Shown here: positions 34,255-44,051 of the stretch, piece by piece
Layout: the number at the start of each line of letters is the position of its first letter
How positions within the stretch are numbered: position 1 is the first letter of the stretch
IMG/VR virus record: IMGVR_UViG_3300045988_124839
Source: a virus
Lineage: Duplodnaviria > Heunggongvirae > Uroviricota > Caudoviricetes
Reading direction: 5' to 3' (one strand)
DNA: 44,051 nt
The notes under the pieces: generated by a model
What the model saw: only the letters and a program-made list of their open reading frames with translations
Databases searched by the model: none
Told to the model about the DNA's origin: nothing
Program-made: the position numbers and the translations under genes

Positions 34255-35115
34255 ATGAAAGAGTTGCAAAAAATTAATTCAATAATGGAAAGGTTAAGTG
34301 CTCTTGAGCGTAAGCTGGACGATTGTGGAAAGCTGTGTGTTGAAAAGCAAAATGAGCTTTACCGGGAATTTTTTACAATCGTAAGTGAGCTGATGCCAAT
34401 TGTTAATAACTGCCTGATGACATCCAGATTTTTTAATGTCGATGCTACTACATCCAGAAAATTTTCTGTGAAAATTCAAGAAAGAGTTTCTGGTAGTGTG
34501 ACAAGAGAGATGGCTGAACAGTTGGTGGCAATGAGCAATAAAACAAAAAGAAAAAAGGCATTGCTTGTAACAGCAAATCAGCTTTCAGGGCGCGTTGACT
34601 TTCAGGTCAGACAGGGTGGGCGTGTACTGGTAAATGATGCGTTCGTTGGACGTAGCTTTAGTCCGTACTCGATGAAATATGATGTTGATGCAGATGATCA
34701 GGATATCAGTATTTCTTGGAAATCTGAGACAGCAGGGATCGTATTAACAGCAGAGTTGTTGAGTGATGATAAAAATGATGTCCGGCATCATTTGGACGAA
34801 AAGAATCATATTTCTGAAATCTGTATGAAACCACGTAGTGGAATGACTTTATTGTCGCGAACTCTTGCTGCTGGCTTTTCTTTACCGGAGAAACGTGTGC
34901 TTCTGGTAGTGCCTGAAGATGCAGATATTCGACCACTGAATGGCTGTGATGTTATTAGTGCAAAAACATTGCATACCAGAATCATGCCTGTACCTGATGT
35001 GGTCATCATTGATGATATTGAGAAATGCAAATCTGTTTCCTCAACTGCCATAATCAAACGAATTTTACGTTGTAGCTCGTCGGCTGTTGTATTCCGGAAG
35101 CAGTTACATAACTAA
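34255..35115 (+). CDS. hypothetical protein (286 aa) of AT-rich accessory cassette
   Basis: Strong RBS AGGAGG 7 nt before ATG at 34255; N-terminal coiled-coil; no recognisable catalytic motif; ORF-track entry 33994-35115 is an upstream TTG extension through palindrome 3. Confidence 0.6.
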   Translation: MKELQKINSIMERLSALERKLDDCGKLCVEKQNELYREFFTIVSELMPIVNNCLMTSRFFNVDATTSRKFSVKIQERVSGSVTREMAEQLVAMSNKTKRKKALLVTANQLSGRVDFQVRQGGRVLVNDAFVGRSFSPYSMKYDVDADDQDISISWKSETAGIVLTAELLSDDKNDVRHHLDEKNHISEICMKPRSGMTLLSRTLAAGFSLPEKRVLLVVPEDADIRPLNGCDVISAKTLHTRIMPVPDVVIIDDIEKCKSVSSTAIIKRILRCSSSAVVFRKQLHN

Positions 35116-35240
35116 CCAGTTTTGTTTTGCAGAACATCCTCAATTAAAAGCTTATAGAAAGAGAGCCTGAGATATTTTTTCTGTCTCTCGTAGTTGTTTA
35201 TTTTTTTTTCGAACAGGCTTACAACTTACAGGATATAAAT

Positions 35241-35690
35241 ATGCAAGAAGAAGCAAATAAAATTCTTGTTGATTTATTGAAGAAGGCCAGCGATGGAATT
35301 GATTCCGCCATTGCATTCAGTCAGGCTCAGATTCCGGATGTTGTTCATCAGTTGCTGGTATGGAATATGGTTGATAGCCTGATTAAAACATTAATAGCCA
35401 TTTCAACAATCCCGCTGGTTTTCTGGTTTATGAAGAAACAGTACCAAAAAGTTGAAATTGGTAAGTTCGATGATGAAGGATGGTCATGGGATAAGGGGAA
35501 GACTAAATACAAACCGACTATGATTTGGGAAAGTAACGGTGAGATTAGTTTTCTAATCTTACCATTAGCTGCAGTTTTTGTTCTGTGGGTAAGTTTTATT
35601 ATTGCTGTAGTAACCAATATGACATGGTTAAAAATTTGGCTGGCACCTAAGTTATATCTAATCGAATACGCAGCATCACTAATTACATAG
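35241..35690 (+). CDS. membrane protein (149 aa, two transmembrane segments) of accessory cassette
   Basis: Hydrophobic segments LIKTLIAISTIPLVFWF and ISFLILPLAAVFVLWVSFIIAVV; AT-rich; follows the 286-aa gene on the same strand. Confidence 0.55.
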   Translation: MQEEANKILVDLLKKASDGIDSAIAFSQAQIPDVVHQLLVWNMVDSLIKTLIAISTIPLVFWFMKKQYQKVEIGKFDDEGWSWDKGKTKYKPTMIWESNGEISFLILPLAAVFVLWVSFIIAVVTNMTWLKIWLAPKLYLIEYAASLIT

Positions 35691-35806
35691 TCCATTACAA
35701 AAGCCATTCGCTACTGAGTGGCTTTGATAATGGCTTATACCCTACACGGGATAACTTAACTGATATCCCTTTTAACGGATAAAGGTATTCAAGCCTGACA
35801 CATCAT

Positions 35807-35978
35807 GCGCTGTATCGTCGCCGTATTCCCGTATTAACAGAGACCGTAGCCCGACGGGGAACTCCTTCTGCGCGAGTGTGCGGGAATAATCAAAAACGAT
35901 GCACACCGGGTTTTTACCGCGTTTATGGTGCGCGATTTTGTCCCTCATAGTCGCCCGTCCGGTGCGATGGTGGAAGAA
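35807..35978. repeat. 172-bp direct repeat, copy B (adjacent to cos)
   Basis: Direct repeat of 34022-34193; ends about 70 bp upstream of the cosN-like sequence. Confidence 0.8.
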
Positions 35979-36009
35979 GCCGGATATTAATGCAAGTGAT
36001 AATTATTCT

Positions 36010-36237
36010 CACCTTTGCGGGTCCTTTCCGGCGATCCGGCAGGCTACGGGGCGGAAGGCGCGCGGGTTTTCGCTATTTATGAAAATTTTCCGGTTTAAGG
36101 CGTTTCCGTTCTTCTTCGCCGTAACTTAATGTTTTTATTTAAAACACCCCCTGAAAAGAAAGGAAACGACAGATGCTGAAAACGGGCTTTTTGGCCTCTG
36201 TCGTTTCCTTTCTCTGTTTTTGTCCGTGGAATGAACA
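36010..36237 (+). other. cos: cos region (cosQ/cosN/cosB-like) upstream of Nu1
   Basis: ...GGGTCCTTTCCGGCGATCCGGCAGGCTACG / GGGCGGAAGGCG / CGCGGGTTTTCGCTATTTATGAAAATTTTCCGG... is near-identical to the lambda right-end/left-end junction as recalled, except inside the 12-nt cosN position (36049-36060). Confidence 0.75.
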
Positions 36238-36757
36238 ATGGAAGTCAACAAAAAGCAGCTGGCTGATATTTTCGGTGCGAGTATCCGTACCATTCAGAAC
36301 TGGCAGGAGCAGGGAATGCCCGTTCTGCGAGGCGGTGGCAAGGGTAATGAGGTGCTTTATGATTCTGCCGCCGTCATAAAATGGTATGCCGAAAGGGATG
36401 CTGAAATTGAGAACGAAAAGCTGCGCCGGGAGGTTGAAGAACTGCGGCTGGCCAGCGAGGCAGATCTTCACCCCGGAACACTTGAATTTGAGCGCCATCG
36501 CCTGACCCGTGCTCAGGCGACGGCGCAGGAACTGAAAAATGCCAAAGAATCGGCTGAAGTGGTGGAAACCGCATTCTGTACTTTCGTGCTGTCGCGTATA
36601 GCAAGGGAAATATCCAGTATTCTCGACGGTATTCCTCTGTCGGTGCAGCGACGTTTTCCTGAGCTGGATAACCGGCATATTGATTTCCTGAAACGGGATA
36701 TCATCAAAGCCATGAACAAAGCAGCCGCGCTGGATGAACTGATACCGGGGTTGCTGA

Positions 36758-36783
<26 letters not shown>
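36238..36783 (+). CDS. Nu1: terminase small subunit Nu1
   Basis: 181 aa; MEVNKKQLADIFGASIRTIQNWQEQGMPV... matches lambda gpNu1 as recalled. Confidence 0.95.
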
Positions 36784-40464
<3,681 letters not shown>

Positions 40465-40484
<20 letters not shown>

Positions 40485-41784
40485 TCTCCCGCATATTGCC
40501 AGCATGGCCTTTAATGAGCCGCTGATGCTTGAACCCGCCTATGCGCGGGTTTTCTTTTGTGCGCTTGCAGGCCAGCTAGGGATCAGCCGCCTGACGGATG
40601 CGGTGTCCGGCGACAGCCTGACTGCCCAGGAGGCACCCGCGACGCTGGCGTTAGCCGGTGATGGTGACGGACCACGACAGGCCCGCAGTTATCAGGTCAT
40701 GAACGGCATCGCCGTGCTGCCGGTGTCCGGTACGCTGGTCAGCCGGACGCGGGCGCTGCAGCCTTATTCGGGGATGACCGGTTACAACGGCATTATCGCC
40801 CGTCTGCAACAGGCTGCCAGTGACCCGATGGTGGACGGCATTCTGCTCGATATGGACACGCCCGGTGGAATGGTGGCAGGGGCATTTGACTGCGCTGACA
40901 TCATCGCCCGTGTGCGTGACATAAAACCTGTATGGGCGCTGGCCAACGACATGAACTGCAGTGCAGGTCAGCTGCTTGCCAGCGCCGCCTCCCGGCGTCT
41001 GGTCACGCAGACCGCCCGGACAGGCTCCATCGGCGTCATGATGGCTCACAGTAATTACGGTGCTGCGCTGGAGAAACAGGGCGTGGAAATCACGCTGATT
41101 TACAGCGGCAGCCATAAGGTGGATGGCAACCCCTACAGCCATCTTCCGGATGACGTCCGGGAGACACTGCAGTCCCGGATGGACGCAACCCGTCAGATGT
41201 TTGCGCAGAAGGTGTCGGCATATACCGGCCTGTCCGTGCAGGCTGTGCTGGATACCGAGGCTGCAGTGTACAGCGGTCAGGAGGCCATTGATGCCGGACT
41301 GGCTGATGAACTTGTTAACAGCACCGATGCGATCACCGTCATGCGTGATGCACTGGATGCACGTAAATCCCGTCTCTCAGGAGGGCGAATGACCAAAGAG
41401 ACTCAATCAACAACTGTTTCAGCCACTGCTTCGCAGGCTGACGTTACTGACGTGGTGCCAGCGACGGAGGGCAAAAACGCCAGCGCGGCGCAGCCGGATG
41501 TGAACGCGCAGATCACCGCAGCGGTTGCGGCAGAAAACAGCCGCATTATGGGGATCCTCAGCTGTGAGGAGGCTCACGGACGCGAAGAACAGGCCCGCGT
41601 GCTGGCAGAAACCCCCGGTATGACCGTGGAAACGGCCCGCCGTATTCTGGCCGCAGCACCACAGAGTGCACAGGCGCGCAGTGACACTGCGCTGGATCGT
41701 CTGATGCAGGGGGCACCGGCACCGCTGGCTGCAGGTAACCCGGCATCTGATGCCGTTAACGATTTGCTGAACACACCAGTGTAA
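40465..41784 (+). CDS. C: head maturation protease / scaffold C
   Basis: GTG start (VTAELRNLPHIASMAFNEP...) gives 439 aa as lambda gpC; the ORF-track entry from 40351 is an upstream extension overlapping B. Confidence 0.88.
41179..41784 (+). CDS. Nu3: scaffolding protein Nu3 (in-frame nested start within C)
   Basis: In-frame ATG at 41179, about 201 codons before the C stop; inferred from the known nested C/Nu3 arrangement in lambda, start not verified. Confidence 0.4.
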   Translation: MDATRQMFAQKVSAYTGLSVQAVLDTEAAVYSGQEAIDAGLADELVNSTDAITVMRDALDARKSRLSGGRMTKETQSTTVSATASQADVTDVVPATEGKNASAAQPDVNAQITAAVAAENSRIMGILSCEEAHGREEQARVLAETPGMTVETARRILAAAPQSAQARSDTALDRLMQGAPAPLAAGNPASDAVNDLLNTPV

Positions 41785-41793
41785 GGGATGTTT

Positions 41794-42126
41794 ATGACGA
41801 GCAAAGAAACCTTTACCCATTACCAGCCGCTGGGCAACAGTGACCCGGCTCATACCGCAACCGCGCCCGGCGGATTGAGTGCGAAAGCGCCTGCAATGAC
41901 CCCGCTGATGCTGGACACCTCCACCCGTAAGCTGGTTGCGTGGGATGGCACCACCGACGGTGCTGCCGTTGGCATTCTGGCGGTTGCTGCTGACCAGACC
42001 AGCACCACGCTGACGTTCTACAAGTCCGGCACGTTCCGTTATGAGGATGTGCTCTGGCCGGAGGCTGCCAGCGACGAGACGAAAAAACGGACCGCGTTTG
42101 CCGGAACGGCAATCAGCATCGTTTAA
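41794..42126 (+). CDS. D: head decoration protein D
   Basis: 110 aa from ATG 41794 ([12 protein letters not shown]...), lambda gpD-like. Confidence 0.9.
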   Translation: MTSKETFTHYQPLGNSDPAHTATAPGGLSAKAPAMTPLMLDTSTRKLVAWDGTTDGAAVGILAVAADQTSTTLTFYKSGTFRYEDVLWPEAASDETKKRTAFAGTAISIV

Positions 42127-42180
42127 CCTGACCCTTCATCACTAAAGGCCGCCTGTGCGGCTTTTTTACGGGATTTTTTT

Positions 42181-43206
42181 ATGTCGATGTACACAACCGC
42201 CCAGCTGCTGGCGGCAAATGAGAAGAAATTTAAGTTTGATCCGCTGTTTCTGCGTCTCTTTTTCCGTGAGAGCTATCCCTTCACCACGGAGAAAGTCTAT
42301 CTCTCACAAATTCCGGGACTGGTAAACATGGCGCTGTACGTTTCGCCGATTGTTTCCGGTGAGGTTATCCGCTCCCGTGGCGGCTCCACCTCCGAATTTA
42401 CGCCGGGATATGTCAAGCCGAAGCATGAGGTGAATCCGCAGATGACCCTGCGTCGCCTGCCGGATGAAGATCCACAGAATCTGGCAGACCCGGCTTACCG
42501 CCGCCGTCGCATCATCATGCAGAACATGCGAGACGAAGAGCTGGCCATTGCTCAGGTCGAAGAGATGCAGGCCGTTTCTGCCGTGCTTAAGGGCAAATAC
42601 ACCATGACCGGTGAAGCCTTCGATCCGGTTGAGGTGGATATGGGCCGCAGTGCGGCGAATAACATCACGCAGTCCGGCGGCACGGAGTGGAGCAAGCGTG
42701 ACAAGTCCACGTATGACCCGACCGACGATATCGAAGCCTACGCGCTGAACGCCAGCGGCGTGGTGAATATCATCGTGTTTGATCCGAAAGGCTGGGCGCT
42801 GTTCCGTTCCTTCAAAGCCGTCAAGGAGAAGCTGGATACCCGTCGCGGCTCTAATTCCGAGCTGGAGACAGCGGTAAAAGACCTGGGCGAAGCGGTGTCC
42901 TATAAGGGGATGTATGGCGATACGGCGATCGTCGTGTATTCCGGACAGTACGTGGAAAACGACGTCAAAAAGAACTTCCTGCCGGACAACACGATGGTGC
43001 TGGGGAACACTCAGGCACGCGGTCTGCGCACCTATGGATGCATTCAGGATGCGGACGCACAGCGCGAAGGTATTAACGCCTCTGCCCGCTACCCGAAAAA
43101 CTGGGTGACCACCGGCGATCCGGCGCGTGAGTTCACCATGATTCAGTCAGCACCGCTGATGCTGCTGGCTGACCCTGATGCGTTCGTGTCCGTACAACTG
43201 GCGTAA
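42181..43206 (+). CDS. E: major capsid protein E
   Basis: 341 aa, lambda gpE-like (MSMYTTAQLLAANE...). Confidence 0.95.
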   Translation: MSMYTTAQLLAANEKKFKFDPLFLRLFFRESYPFTTEKVYLSQIPGLVNMALYVSPIVSGEVIRSRGGSTSEFTPGYVKPKHEVNPQMTLRRLPDEDPQNLADPAYRRRRIIMQNMRDEELAIAQVEEMQAVSAVLKGKYTMTGEAFDPVEVDMGRSAANNITQSGGTEWSKRDKSTYDPTDDIEAYALNASGVVNIIVFDPKGWALFRSFKAVKEKLDTRRGSNSELETAVKDLGEAVSYKGMYGDTAIVVYSGQYVENDVKKNFLPDNTMVLGNTQARGLRTYGCIQDADAQREGINASARYPKNWVTTGDPAREFTMIQSAPLMLLADPDAFVSVQLA

Positions 43207-43210
43207 TCAT

Positions 43211-43236
43211 GGCCCTTCGGGGCCATTGTTTCTCTG
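43211..43236 (+). terminator. hairpin (partial terminator/attenuator) between E and FI
   Basis: GGCCCTTCGGGGCC stem-loop followed by ATTGTTTCTCTG. Confidence 0.4.
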
Positions 43237-43247
43237 TGGAGGAGTCC

Positions 43248-43637
43248 ATGACGAAAGATGAGCTGATTGCCCGTCTCCGCTCGCTGGGTGAACAACTGAA
43301 CCGTGATGTCAGCCTGACGGGGACGAAAGAAGAACTTGCGCTCCGTGTGGCAGAGCTGGAAGAGGAGCTTGATGACACTGTCGATCAGGATACCCCTATC
43401 AGCCCGGAAAATGCGCTGACCGGGCATGAAAATGAGGTGGTATCAGCGCAGCCGGATACCGTGATTCAGGATACTGCTGAACTGGTCACGGTCGTGGCAC
43501 TGGTGACGCTGCATACCGATGCACTTCACGCCACGCGGGATGAACCTGTGGCATTTGTGCTGCCGGGAACGGCGTTTCGTGTCTCTGCCGGTGTGGCAGC
43601 CGAAATGACAGAACGTGGCCTGGCCAGAATGCAATAA
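43248..43637 (+). CDS. FI: DNA packaging protein FI
   Basis: GGAGG RBS before ATG 43248; MTKDELIARLRSLGEQLNRD... lambda gpFI-like; ORF-track entry starts upstream at 43209. Confidence 0.85.
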   Translation: MTKDELIARLRSLGEQLNRDVSLTGTKEELALRVAELEEELDDTVDQDTPISPENALTGHENEVVSAQPDTVIQDTAELVTVVALVTLHTDALHATRDEPVAFVLPGTAFRVSAGVAAEMTERGLARMQ

Positions 43638-43648
43638 CGGGAGGCGCT

Positions 43649-44002
43649 GTGGCTGATTTCGATAACCTGTTCGATGCTGCCATTGCCCGCGCCGATGAAA
43701 CGATACGCGGGTACATGGGAACGTCAGCCACCATGACATCCGGTGAGCAGTCCGGTGCTGTGATACGTGGTGTTTTTGATGACCCTGAAAATATCAGCTA
43801 TGCCGGACAGGGCGTGCGCGTTGAAGGCTCCAGCCCGTCCCTGTTTGTCCGGACTGATGATGTGCGGCAGCTGCGGCGCGGCGACACGCTGACCATCGGT
43901 GAGGAAAACTTCTGGATAGACCGGATTTCGCCGGATGATGGCGGAAGCTGTCATCTCTGGCTTGGGCGTGGCGTGCCGCCTGCCGTTAACCGTCGTCGCT
44001 GA
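43649..44002 (+). CDS. FII: head-tail connector protein FII
   Basis: 117 aa, lambda gpFII size and position. Confidence 0.9.
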   Translation: MADFDNLFDAAIARADETIRGYMGTSATMTSGEQSGAVIRGVFDDPENISYAGQGVRVEGSSPSLFVRTDDVRQLRRGDTLTIGEENFWIDRISPDDGGSCHLWLGRGVPPAVNRRR

Positions 44003-44013
44003 AAGGGGGATGT

Positions 44014-44051
44014 ATGGCCATAAAAGGTCTTGAGCAGGCCGTTGAAAACCT
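44014..44051 (+). CDS. Z: tail protein Z (5' end only, truncated by window)
   Basis: MAIKGLEQAVEN... after GGGGGA RBS; lambda gpZ N-terminus as recalled. Confidence 0.75.
   Translation, partial: MAIKGLEQAVEN

Overview
This window is almost the whole genome of an N15-like 'telomere' phage, a lambdoid siphovirus that lysogenises as a linear plasmid rather than integrating. Gene order from the left: lambda-like tail genes (H 3' part, M, L, K, I, J, lom, a side tail fiber with internal tandem repeats, and a second fiber carrying a C-terminal intramolecular-chaperone domain); the sopBA partition operon (- strand); a repeat-flanked 42-bp perfect palindrome (telRL-like) directly upstream of the protelomerase gene telN; a leftward repA primase-helicase replicon with small downstream genes; a cB/cro-like immunity switch; a block of early accessory genes (DEDDh exonuclease, HTH proteins, Ea22-like protein, a RelE/HigB-type toxin with HTH antitoxin); a putative late promoter and terminator; an adenine methyltransferase; a pinholin, SAR-endolysin and Rz/Rz1 lysis cassette; a DUF4406 gene; an AT-rich two-gene cassette of unknown function bracketed by 172-bp direct repeats; a lambda-like cos site; and lambda-like packaging and head genes (Nu1, A, W, B, C/Nu3, D, E, FI, FII, Z start). 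Four dispersed 18-bp palindromes (GTGCGACC-NN-GGTCGCAC) resemble the F-plasmid SopB binding core and are probably the centromere sites. No integrase, tRNA, CRISPR array or IS element was seen. The best candidate for an undescribed system is the repeat-flanked cassette at 34255-35690; an ORF-poor, terminator-bounded region at 18147-18683 is a secondary candidate. All homology statements rest on recalled family sequences and motifs read by eye, not on a database search.
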